This document shows positions 22,512 to 31,238 of a stretch of DNA of 62,406 bases, piece by piece. The DNA comes from Clostridiales bacterium (GTDB taxonomy: Bacteria; Bacillota; Clostridia; Ch29): the NCBI GenBank assembly GCA_012523075.1, contig JAAYJF010000112.1:1-62406 (forward strand). Direction: 5' to 3'. The notes beneath the pieces are model-generated. The model did not search any database, was not told the origin of the DNA, and saw nothing but the letters and a program-made list of their open reading frames with translations. The position numbers were made by a program, and so were the translations under genes. Position 1 is the first letter of the stretch, and every line of letters starts with the position of its first letter.

Positions 22512-23915
22512 ATGGGGAAAATAGGTACAAGCTATCTGGTGCCACATCCTCCTATAATAGTTGCGGAGGTGGGGCAGGGGGAGGAAAGAAAGGCCCAAAA
22601 AACAATTGATGCGATGAAGGAAGTATCGCTGGACATCGCTGCTAAGAAACCGGAGATTTTAGTTGTCATTACGCCCCACGGTCCATTGTTTAGGGACGCC
22701 ATGGCGGTGGGAGTCCAGCGGGAGTTTAGCGGAGACTTCGGCGGCTTCGGCCAGCCCGGTGTGTCTCTATCCTTTACAGGGCACACCCAAATGGCCTTCG
22801 ATATAATGGAAGAAGCTGCCCGGGACGGTATATCCGTTATGGCCGTTGACGAAGAAACCCGCAAGAGGTACGGCATATCCTCCGGTCTTGACCATGGGGC
22901 CCTAGTACCCCTGTACTTTATCAGCAAAAAACACCAGGGTTTTGGCCTGGTGCACATAACCTACGGGTTGCTTCCGCCAGAAAGGCTTTACCGGTTCGGT
23001 AAGTGCATCCAAAGGGCGGCGGAGAAGCAAAACGGTCAAACCGCCGTTTTATGTAGCGGAGACCTGTCCCACAGGCTCAAAAGGGGAGCCCCCGCAGGTT
23101 ACAGCAAAAAGGGCATCGAATACGACCGAAAACTTGTGGCCCTCCTTAAGGACATGAGGGTGGAGGGTATAATGAAAATGGATCCTGGCCTGATAGAACA
23201 AGCCGGCGAGTGCGCTTACCGGTCTGTGGTGACTACCCTGGGAGTTCTGGACGGCTACAGCGTGGATGCTCGGGTACTGTCCTACGAGGGTCCCTACGGC
23301 GTAGGATATTGCGTCGCCGCCTTTACCCCCTCGGGGAGGGAGCATAAAGGGGAAGGTGAAAAACCGCAAGATTCAGCTAATAAAAGTCCTGCCGAAGGCC
23401 AAAGGGGAGATCCCTTCGTCGGACTGGCCCGCCTGGCGCTGGAAAGCTATATAAAGAAGGGTGAGGTAATAACCCCCGACGAGGGGCTTCCAGAGGAGAT
23501 GCTGTTCCAAAGGGCCGGGACCTTCGTGTCCCTCAAGATGGACGGGCAGCTTAGGGGCTGCATAGGTACAATTGCGTCCACCACTGAAAACATTGCCCGG
23601 GAAATAATAAGCAACGCAATAAGCGCCGGGGTGAGGGACCCCCGGTTCTATCCGGTAACGCCGGAGGAACTGGAACACCTTGAATATTCGGTGGATGTAC
23701 TGGGGCAGCCGGAGGTCATTCAGTCCATGGACGAGTTGGACGTCAAAAGATACGGCGTAATAGTCCGCTCGGGGGGAAGGTCTGGTCTTTTGCTGCCCGA
23801 TATAGAGGGGATTGATACACCGCAGCAGCAGGTGACCGTCGCTCTAAGGAAGGCGGGTATCAGTCCAGGGGAGCCCTATGTTATGGAGCGGTTTGAAGTA
23901 ATAAGGCACAAGTGA
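22512..23915 (+). CDS. fusion protein: Memo/LigB-superfamily domain plus AMMECR1 domain (AmmeMemoRadiSam components B and A)
   Basis: N-terminal half has PHPP...ITPHGP...LDHGALVPL...SGDLSHRL. C-terminal half has GTFVSLKMDGQLRGCIGTI...RDPRF (AMMECR1). ATG 22512 follows a GGAGGG RBS; the track start at 22461 lies inside the repeat. Confidence 0.8.
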   Translation: MGKIGTSYLVPHPPIIVAEVGQGEERKAQKTIDAMKEVSLDIAAKKPEILVVITPHGPLFRDAMAVGVQREFSGDFGGFGQPGVSLSFTGHTQMAFDIMEEAARDGISVMAVDEETRKRYGISSGLDHGALVPLYFISKKHQGFGLVHITYGLLPPERLYRFGKCIQRAAEKQNGQTAVLCSGDLSHRLKRGAPAGYSKKGIEYDRKLVALLKDMRVEGIMKMDPGLIEQAGECAYRSVVTTLGVLDGYSVDARVLSYEGPYGVGYCVAAFTPSGREHKGEGEKPQDSANKSPAEGQRGDPFVGLARLALESYIKKGEVITPDEGLPEEMLFQRAGTFVSLKMDGQLRGCIGTIASTTENIAREIISNAISAGVRDPRFYPVTPEELEHLEYSVDVLGQPEVIQSMDELDVKRYGVIVRSGGRSGLLLPDIEGIDTPQQQVTVALRKAGISPGEPYVMERFEVIRHK

Positions 23916-23927
23916 GGATGTGAGAGC

Positions 23928-24911
23928 ATGGGAATCAAAGAAGCTATGTACTACACAAGGGATGGAGATACTGTCCGGTGTTTTCTGTGTCCCCACGCAT
24001 GCGTACTTAAACCGGAACAAACAGGCAGATGCAGCGTCAGAAGAAATAAAGGCGGTGTTTTGTATTCGCTAAACTACGGAGAGATAACCGCCTGTAACGT
24101 CGACCCGATAGAAAAAAAGCCCCTATATCATTTCTATCCCGGAAGGCCGATACTGTCGGTGGGTAGTTTCGGGTGCAATCTAAAATGTGGTTTCTGTCAG
24201 AACCATGCTATTGCCCACGGCACTCCCGGGACGGTTTTTGTGTCTCCCGGGGACCTTGTGAGCCGGGCGATGTCGGTGAGGGACAATATTGGAATAGCCT
24301 ATACCTATAACGAGCCTTCAATATGGTATGAATACGTGCTGGACACCGCGCGCCTTGCAAGGGAAAGGGTTCTTAAAAACGTGCTGGTGACAAACGGTTA
24401 TATTGGAATAAAAGCTTTGGAACAGCTGCTGCCCTTTATAGACGCCCTCAATATTGATATAAAGGCCTTCAGCGATGATTACTACGGCAGCATATGTTCG
24501 GGCAGGCTGTCCCCTGTTCTTGATACGGTGAAAGCGGCGGCGGGATGCTGTCATGTGGAGGTTACAACCCTTGTGGTGGACGAACTTAACAGCGACACCG
24601 GGCAGTTGGAAAGCCTGGCTGAATGGATAGCCGGCGTTGACAAACATATTCCCATTCACCTTTCCAGGTACTATCCGGCGTATCAAATGGACAGGCCACC
24701 AACCCGGCTGGATACCATGGCTGCCGCCAAAGAGGCTGTTAAAAAGCATTTGGAATACGTCTATATAGGCAATGTAGCCGGTGTAGACAACAATACCTAC
24801 TGCCCCGCCTGTGATGCAAAACTGGTGGAAAGGAGGGGGCATGCCGCCAGGCTTTTATTTGACGGCAAAAAGTGCGGCGACTGCGGAAAACCTATTAGTA
24901 TGGTCGTTTAA
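23928..24911 (+). CDS. amrS: AmmeMemoRadiSam system radical SAM enzyme
   Basis: CNLKCGFCQN radical-SAM cluster motif plus Cys-rich N- and C-termini; adjacent to the AMMECR1 gene. Confidence 0.8.
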   Translation: MGIKEAMYYTRDGDTVRCFLCPHACVLKPEQTGRCSVRRNKGGVLYSLNYGEITACNVDPIEKKPLYHFYPGRPILSVGSFGCNLKCGFCQNHAIAHGTPGTVFVSPGDLVSRAMSVRDNIGIAYTYNEPSIWYEYVLDTARLARERVLKNVLVTNGYIGIKALEQLLPFIDALNIDIKAFSDDYYGSICSGRLSPVLDTVKAAAGCCHVEVTTLVVDELNSDTGQLESLAEWIAGVDKHIPIHLSRYYPAYQMDRPPTRLDTMAAAKEAVKKHLEYVYIGNVAGVDNNTYCPACDAKLVERRGHAARLLFDGKKCGDCGKPISMVV

Positions 24912-24959
24912 AGGAGAAGTGCCGCAATAAACGGACAGTGTAAACAAGTATATGGTGTT

Positions 24960-25010
24960 AAACTCCCCCCTTGCTCCATATAATTATATAGAGTAAGGGG
25001 GGGAGTTTTT
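24960..25010 (+). terminator. long hairpin terminator after amrS
   Basis: AAACTCCCCCC ... GGGGGGGAGTTT followed by TTTT. The 3' arm also supplies the only SD-like sequence for the next gene. Confidence 0.65.
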
Positions 25011-25015
25011 ATTAT

Positions 25016-25750
25016 ATGGCAAAAAAAATACTGGGTCTTGTACTGACTTTTATTGTTTTGGCGGCCATTTTTCTATACTACGGCACCAGCCGGACGGATA
25101 AGGAGCAGTTGAGGGAATTACAGGACTATCAGGTCTGGGAAAAAAGGTACATGCTGGATAATCCCGAATACGAAAACCTGCAGATTTTTATAGATATAGA
25201 CGAGAAAACCCTTTACCTACTGGACGGAAGCGCACTGATAAAGAAATACCCGGTGGCTACAGGGGCGCGTTCTACCCCGACGCCCATCGGCCGATGGAAG
25301 GTAATAAGCAAGGCGAGGTGGGGGGGCGGCTTTGGAAGCCGGTGGATAGGCATAGACGTGCCCTGGGGCATTTATGGGATACACGGCACCAACAAACCCT
25401 CCAGCATCGGATACAATGCGTCCCACGGCTGCGTCAGAATGTATAATAAAGACGTGGAGGACCTTTTCACCTATGTAAAATACGGAACGCCGGTGTACAT
25501 ATATGGGGGACTTTACGGCCCCTTTGGCAACGGTGCCAGGAACCTAAAACCCGGGGACAAGGGAATTGACGTGGTGGAGGTGCAAAGGCGGTTGAGGCTT
25601 TTGGGGTACTACAACGGTTCCATAGACGGGGTATACGGGCCGGGCATGGAGAGGTCCCTGTACCAATTCCAGGCCGACAACGGCTTGCCAAGGAGCAGGG
25701 TCATATACTACGAGACGTACAGGGCCATGGGTATTATTATGATGGATTAA
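25016..25750 (+). CDS. L,D-transpeptidase (YkuD) with C-terminal peptidoglycan-binding domain
   Basis: N-terminal anchor; HGTN...SHGCVRM catalytic motif; LRLLGYYNGSIDGVYG PG_binding_1 motif. Confidence 0.88.
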   Translation: MAKKILGLVLTFIVLAAIFLYYGTSRTDKEQLRELQDYQVWEKRYMLDNPEYENLQIFIDIDEKTLYLLDGSALIKKYPVATGARSTPTPIGRWKVISKARWGGGFGSRWIGIDVPWGIYGIHGTNKPSSIGYNASHGCVRMYNKDVEDLFTYVKYGTPVYIYGGLYGPFGNGARNLKPGDKGIDVVEVQRRLRLLGYYNGSIDGVYGPGMERSLYQFQADNGLPRSRVIYYETYRAMGIIMMD

Positions 25751-25753
25751 ACG

Positions 25754-25788
25754 AAAAAGCCGAAGGGAAATTATGCCCTTCGGCTTTT
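25754..25788. terminator. bidirectional terminator between convergent genes
   Basis: AAAAAGCCGAAGGG...CCCTTCGGCTTTT, flanked by an A run and a T run. Confidence 0.8.
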
Positions 25789-25805
25789 CCGTGGCTTCAA
25801 CCGGT

Positions 25806-26360
25806 TCAAAACCCGTCGGAGCCCATCGGGTCCATGGTGTATATATGCCCCATAAGGGAGTCTGTTTTTTTACCGTCTACCAGGAACTGAACCGCGTCTA
25901 TGTTGTCCAGCTCTGTGAGGGTCATTATCACCGAGCCGATAAGAAAGAACTCCTCCATAGACCCGCCGTTCATGCCCGAGCTTGCAAAGTTTACATAGGC
26001 TATATCATCCACCACTTCGACGTCTATAAGCTTTATCCTGGACGGTATGACCACGCCCATGTTTTTATCCCTGGGCCCTTCAATAAGTTCCTCCACAGCG
26101 GCCTGTGCCAGGGGTTTGTTTGTGAGGGGCACCTCTCTCTTTTCGGTTAGCATCTTTTCAAGGTTTTCGTCTCCGGTCTGGACATATTCATTGTTGGCAA
26201 AATAAAGGGTTATTTCCACCGTTTCTCCTTCCGGCTCGGGGGGGACTATTGTATCCCCCGGCTGGGGGTCTCCTTGTCCGTTGCCGCCGGAGAACATGCC
26301 GCATCCCGCCGTTAAAATGGCTGCAATAAGTATCAGTATAAGCACGGTATTTCTTTTCAT
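25806..26360 (-). CDS. GerMN-domain lipoprotein
   Basis: Lipobox LTAGC and a single GerMN-like domain. ATG 26360 lies 8 nt after AAGGAGG. Confidence 0.75.
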   Translation of the reverse strand: MKRNTVLILILIAAILTAGCGMFSGGNGQGDPQPGDTIVPPEPEGETVEITLYFANNEYVQTGDENLEKMLTEKREVPLTNKPLAQAAVEELIEGPRDKNMGVVIPSRIKLIDVEVVDDIAYVNFASSGMNGGSMEEFFLIGSVIMTLTELDNIDAVQFLVDGKKTDSLMGHIYTMDPMGSDGF

Positions 26361-26456
26361 GTTGTGCACCTCCTTGTAATTTGGACTTGATTTCTTAAGT
26401 ATATGATAGCGCCCATTTGTAAAGATAATGTTAAGCGGTCTTAAAGAAACTCTAAA

Positions 26457-27845
26457 CTACAGGGGGATGGTAACAATCATGGTGGTACCTTTCCCCGGCT
26501 GGCTGTCCACCGAAATGTCCCATCCGTGGAGGGATGTTATTCTTTTTACTATCGCCAGGCCCATACCGTAGCCCTCTATCTCTTTGCTACGGGACGGTTC
26601 GCTCCTGAAAAGCCCCTCGAATATACGGGGCAGGTCCTGGGCGGCGATGCCTATCCCGTTGTCGGAAACTTCCAGACGGTATTTGCTATTGGTAAGGTAA
26701 TCCTTAAGCTCTATTCTGTTTTCAGCCTTGGTTTTGTCCCTATATTTTATCGAATTGTCAAGGAGGTTTACCAGCATCTCCCTGACCAGATTCTTATCGC
26801 ACAGGACTTTGATATCCATCCGGACCTCATTTGTGACCTTTACGTCATGGGATGCGGCCAGCGGTGTCATAACCCGGACGGTGTTTTTTATAATATCCGA
26901 GATTTTGAAGTATTCCCGGTTAAGGGTTTCCTCCTCCAGCCGGGTAAGGGTAAGAAGCCGAGAAATAAGCGTGGAGAGCCTGTCCACTTCGTTCACAACG
27001 TCCCCAAGAAACTCCCGTTGCTGCTTAGGCGGAGTGTGTCCCATCATCAGGGCCTCCGTCAGAGCCTTTATTGAGGCCAGCGGAGTTTTCAATTCGTGGG
27101 AGACGTCCCCTATAAACCTGCGCCGGTTTGTTTCAATGCGGTGCAGTTCAGCGCTCATGGTGTTTATAGTATCCGCCAGCTGGCCTATTTCGTCGGTTCT
27201 TTTTATATTTACCTCCTCCCCCAGGTTGCCCCGGGACAGCCGATCGGAGAAAGCTATTAGCTTGTTTAGAGGGCTTGACAGGCGGTAGGCCGCTACAAGG
27301 CTGAAAAATATGCCTGATAGTCCCGCAATGAGGGAAATTAATACCACCCTCCAGCGTAGCGCGTAATAAGCCTGGTACAGGTCCTCCAGCCCGGCCGAAA
27401 TAAGTATTGCGCCGTTTATTTGAAGGCTATCTCTATCGCCGGAGGTAACGGGGACCGCCAGCTGTAAATTCCTGGTCCCATTGCCGTAAACAGCCCATGA
27501 ATTGCTACCGGACAGGGCTTCCCTTACCTGGGGATTTGTAAGGGTTTCCCCGGTATAGCGGTTTGCCCCGTCCGAAACAACCACCGACCGGCTATCTATA
27601 AAAAGGAACCGGGCGCCGGTGGTTTCGGTGTACTGTTCGAGAGTCCGGGTTATATAAAATGTATCCGATAGGTTTGTGGACGCTATGTTGGCAGCGATGT
27701 TTCCATAGGTAAAATAGGCTATGGTCCTCTCCTGCAGCCTTGATCGGAAGTAGTCGCTAAGAATAAGGAAGTCCACCGCCAGGATGGTCATAAAAATAAT
27801 AAGAGAATAAACCAGTATAAGCCTTGTTCTTAAACTCTTAAACAC
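26457..27845 (-). CDS. sensor histidine kinase (TM-HAMP-HisKA-HATPase)
   Basis: H-box FIGDVSHELKTPL and a C-terminal ATPase domain. The GTG start overlaps the regulator's stop. Confidence 0.9.
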   Translation of the reverse strand: MFKSLRTRLILVYSLIIFMTILAVDFLILSDYFRSRLQERTIAYFTYGNIAANIASTNLSDTFYITRTLEQYTETTGARFLFIDSRSVVVSDGANRYTGETLTNPQVREALSGSNSWAVYGNGTRNLQLAVPVTSGDRDSLQINGAILISAGLEDLYQAYYALRWRVVLISLIAGLSGIFFSLVAAYRLSSPLNKLIAFSDRLSRGNLGEEVNIKRTDEIGQLADTINTMSAELHRIETNRRRFIGDVSHELKTPLASIKALTEALMMGHTPPKQQREFLGDVVNEVDRLSTLISRLLTLTRLEEETLNREYFKISDIIKNTVRVMTPLAASHDVKVTNEVRMDIKVLCDKNLVREMLVNLLDNSIKYRDKTKAENRIELKDYLTNSKYRLEVSDNGIGIAAQDLPRIFEGLFRSEPSRSKEIEGYGMGLAIVKRITSLHGWDISVDSQPGKGTTMIVTIPL

Positions 27846-28527
27846 TGCCTTCGTTTCCCCTTTTGAAGTAATAACCGCTTCCCCATTTGGTAATAATGTA
27901 AACCGGGTTGGAGGGGTCGACCTCTATCTTTTCTCTAATATTTCTTATATGGACGTCTATGGTACGGGTGTCAAAGCCCTCCTCCTCCCATATCATCTCA
28001 AAAAGCTTTTTCCGGCTGAAAATCCTACCCGGGTTGCTCATTAGCACCTCCAGCAGCTGAAACTCCTTTACGGTAAGAGGGACTTCCCTGTCCCCCACCC
28101 TTACTCTCTGCAGGTCTGGGTTAAGTTCCAGCCGACCTTCCACAATATTTGCTGAAGGAGTTTTTCGTTTTTGTACGCGCCGGTGCACCGCCCTTATACG
28201 GGCGATGAGCTCCATAGTGTTAAAGGGTTTGGTCATGTAATCATCCGCTCCGGTTTCCAGTCCGGCTATTTTGTCCAGGTGGTCGCTGCGGGCGGTGAGC
28301 ATTATTATGGGAACCTCCGATCGCTCCCTGAACATCCTGCACAGCGACATTCCATCTATCTGCGGCAGCATAAGGTCAAGCACTATAAAGTCGTACTGGT
28401 TTTCGCCAAACTTGGAAAGGGCCTCGCTGCCGCTGTAAGCCGTATCAACGTTAAAGCCATGGAACTCCAGGCTGCTCTTTAGTCCCTTTACCAGGGCCTT
28501 TTCATCGTCTATAAGCAGTATTCTCAC
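27838..28527 (-). CDS. OmpR-family response regulator
   Basis: VRILLIDDE...LDLMLP receiver domain and a winged-helix C-terminus. GTG 28527 follows AAGGAGG, so the track ORF (to 28629) is over-extended. Confidence 0.9.
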   Translation of the reverse strand: MRILLIDDEKALVKGLKSSLEFHGFNVDTAYSGSEALSKFGENQYDFIVLDLMLPQIDGMSLCRMFRERSEVPIIMLTARSDHLDKIAGLETGADDYMTKPFNTMELIARIRAVHRRVQKRKTPSANIVEGRLELNPDLQRVRVGDREVPLTVKEFQLLEVLMSNPGRIFSRKKLFEMIWEEEGFDTRTIDVHIRNIREKIEVDPSNPVYIITKWGSGYYFKRGNEGSV

Positions 28528-28640
28528 GTTAACAGCCTCCTTTTCCGGGAAGCAGGAGGACGGTTCCTTTGCTCCCTGTCCGATGGTCCCTGTCATTACA
28601 TATATTGTAGCACAGTTTTTGACCGGCAATTAATACTAGG

Positions 28641-28896
28641 GTACCTATATAACGCACTAATAATATTACATTCCTTTATCTGTCATTCTGAGGGCAAAGC
28701 CCGAAGAATCCGGCTTTGCCGCTTAAGAACGTAGTGAAGAATCCGACTTTGTCGCTTAAGAGGGCGAAGTCCGAAGAATCTTCCCGGAGACAGGCATAAG
28801 ATCCTTCGCTATCGCTCAGGATGACAAGCGCTTCGCAAGATCCTTCGCTTCGCTCAGGATGACAACTGTGTAAAGTCTTTATCACGTTATATATAT
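28641..28896 (+). repeat. composite palindromic MITE-like repeat, copy B
   Basis: Ends: gtacctatataacgcac... at the left and ...cacgttatatatat at the right (inverted). The interior is built of forward then reverse copies of GTCATyCTGAG-GCGAAG-CCGAAGrATC units. Confidence 0.85.
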
Positions 28897-29160
28897 TCCC
28901 GAACCAAATAAAAAACTCCGCATAAACAGCGGTCGGTAAAATAAATATCCAAAGACAGTTCAGTATATTTTTTCCGAACAACAAAAATATAACCGGTTAT
29001 CTTTGCGGAGTAAAGCTAAAAATATGCTGTACCGAAGCAACGACCGCTGCTCCGACTGATTAAAAAAATATATTTGTTGTATAATTAAAAGAAGGAGAAA
29101 AGTATACAATTATAGAAAGTATACTATGCAAAGTTTTTCAAAAAGTCTGGGGTGGGCAAA

Positions 29161-30009
29161 ATGGCTATGCAGTTGAAGGATATAATAATGAGCATCACGC
29201 TATGGGACGTAATAGACATGGCGGTTATTGCCTACGTCTTTTATAAATTATTTATGCTCATCCGGGAAACTCGGGCGGAGCAGTTAATAAAGGGCATTTT
29301 CGTTCTTGTATTTGCCACATGGGCCAGCGGCCCCAGCGGCTTTTTTCCGCTGTATACCGTAAACTGGCTGCTGCGTAACACTATGACGGTGGGGGTTATC
29401 GCTCTGCTTATAGTTTTTCAGCCGGAACTGCGCAGGGCGCTAGAGTTTCTGGGCCGGGGCGGTATAATTTTCGGCAAACCCTTAATCGAAGCCCTTGACA
29501 AGGAGACCAAAACGCTTATAGACGAAATAACCGCAGCGGTGCAGGTCCTTGCCAAAAAAAAGACCGGTGCCCTTATAGTGCTTGAAAGGGAAACGGGGAT
29601 TGGCGAATTCGTGGAAACGGGTATAAATTTGGACGCTGACGTGTCCTCCCAGCTACTGCAGACCATATTCGCAACCAATACACCTCTGCACGACGGGGCG
29701 GTCATTATTAGGGACAAGAGGATAGCCTCGGCGGGATGTCTGCTTCCGCTTACCGAGAACCAAAGCCTCAGTAAAGAACTGGGTACTCGGCATAGGGCCG
29801 GGCTTGGCATTTCTGAGCATTCCGACGCAATAGCAATAATTGTATCTGAAGAAACGGGCGTAATATCTACCGCCAAGGGAGGCCGGCTGTCCAGATACCT
29901 CGATGGGAAAATGCTAAAAGAGATGCTGATAAGTCAGTACAAACCACAGGAGCACAAATACCGCGGCTTCCTGAAATGGAGGGTCAAGGATGTCCAGGAT
30001 GATAAATAA
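29161..30009 (+). CDS. cdaA: diadenylate cyclase CdaA
   Basis: Three N-terminal TM helices plus a DAC domain (TPLHDGAVII, RHRAGLG). ATG 29161 is preferred; GTG 29152 is possible. Confidence 0.92.
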   Translation: MAMQLKDIIMSITLWDVIDMAVIAYVFYKLFMLIRETRAEQLIKGIFVLVFATWASGPSGFFPLYTVNWLLRNTMTVGVIALLIVFQPELRRALEFLGRGGIIFGKPLIEALDKETKTLIDEITAAVQVLAKKKTGALIVLERETGIGEFVETGINLDADVSSQLLQTIFATNTPLHDGAVIIRDKRIASAGCLLPLTENQSLSKELGTRHRAGLGISEHSDAIAIIVSEETGVISTAKGGRLSRYLDGKMLKEMLISQYKPQEHKYRGFLKWRVKDVQDDK

Positions 30010-31219
30010 AAAGATGAACACCAGGATAATATCCGTACTGTTTGCGGTTGCCCTCTGGTTGTATGTAGCCAGCGATCAAAACCCAGTGGAGTACAAGCCC
30101 ATAAAAGACGTTCCGGTGCAGCTTATTAATACCGAAACCATTGTTACATCAGGGCTTGTTATTAAGGACCCCCAGCAGTATAAAATAGATGTAAATCTCC
30201 AGGGAAAACGTAGCGTCTTGGCCGAAATAAAAGCCAGTGACATAATTGCCGAAGCCGATCTTCGGGGGCATACCCAAAGGGGGGTAAACAACGTACCGAT
30301 AGAGGTGAGGGGTCTGCCCGGCAATGTGGAATTGGTGGATTTCACTCCTAAAAGCATAAAGGTGAATATGGAGCAGATATCCAGCGTTCAGGTACCGGTA
30401 ACCGTGTCCACCGAGGGGAGGCCTATGGAGGGATATACTGCTCTTCCGCCGGTCATAACCCCTGGAGAGGTGCTGGTAAGCGGGCCCGAGAGTTTGCTTA
30501 ATAACATAAGGGTGGCAACGGCGGTGATGAAACTGGCCGGGGCTACCGGAGACCTACAGGAAGTGCTGGCGGTTAAAGCGGTGGATGCCGAAAACAACGA
30601 TGTTGCTGGGGTCACGCTTAATCCCAATATAGTGGAAGTAACCGTTCCGGTAAGAAAAACAAAGCTAATCAATATAGAACCGTCGGTAGAGGGGCAGCCC
30701 TCCGTGGAGTGGGAGATTACTGATATCCAGCTTAACAGGGATACCATAGTTGTATACGGAGAGGAATCGGTGCTGCAAACAATAAATTCAATTAAGACCG
30801 AGCCGGTTTCGTTGGCAGGCATAAACCGAAATACTAATTTTAATGTTGGACTGATAATGCCAGCGGGGGTTGCGCCGGTTGAGAATATTAGCACGGTGAC
30901 TGTTTACGTCAGAGGGGAAGGGATAATTAACAGAGAAATTCCGGTGGGGAGGGTAAATTTCAGCGGTCTGGGACAGGATTTAAGGCTCTCCGATGAGACA
31001 CCGGTACCCACAGTGCGGGTTACCGTCCGTGGCAGACAGAGCACAATAGACCAACTGACCGCAGGCGACATTTCAGTGACCACATCGCTGGAGGGCCTTG
31101 CTGCCGGTAAGCATACCGTTACGCTTAAGGTGGACCTGCCGGAGGATATAGAGCTTGTAAGCATTGCACCCTTGCGGATTGAAATAGAACTCATTGTCCC
31201 GGACGAGGTTGAGGAGTAG
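29990..31219 (+). CDS. cdaR: CdaA regulatory protein CdaR (YbbR-repeat protein)
   Basis: N-terminal anchor plus repeated YbbR-like beta domains; overlaps the end of cdaA. Confidence 0.88.
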   Translation: MSRMINKKMNTRIISVLFAVALWLYVASDQNPVEYKPIKDVPVQLINTETIVTSGLVIKDPQQYKIDVNLQGKRSVLAEIKASDIIAEADLRGHTQRGVNNVPIEVRGLPGNVELVDFTPKSIKVNMEQISSVQVPVTVSTEGRPMEGYTALPPVITPGEVLVSGPESLLNNIRVATAVMKLAGATGDLQEVLAVKAVDAENNDVAGVTLNPNIVEVTVPVRKTKLINIEPSVEGQPSVEWEITDIQLNRDTIVVYGEESVLQTINSIKTEPVSLAGINRNTNFNVGLIMPAGVAPVENISTVTVYVRGEGIINREIPVGRVNFSGLGQDLRLSDETPVPTVRVTVRGRQSTIDQLTAGDISVTTSLEGLAAGKHTVTLKVDLPEDIELVSIAPLRIEIELIVPDEVEE

Positions 31220-31238
31220 GTGGACTGGGGGGGGAAGC

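Noticed and set aside
28676-28984. 102-aa minus-strand ORF containing ...CHPERSEGS...VILSDSEGS...
   Set aside because: It is a translation of repeat copy B, so the peptide repeats mirror the DNA repeat units. There is no RBS or coding periodicity outside the repeat.
28897-29150. Interleaved complementary segments upstream of cdaA (ctccgca...cagcggtcg...tgcggag...cgaccgctg), considered as a possible riboswitch or pseudoknot.
   Set aside because: The best -10 element (TATAAT at 29080) lies downstream of them, so they are probably not transcribed with cdaA. They match no known motif.
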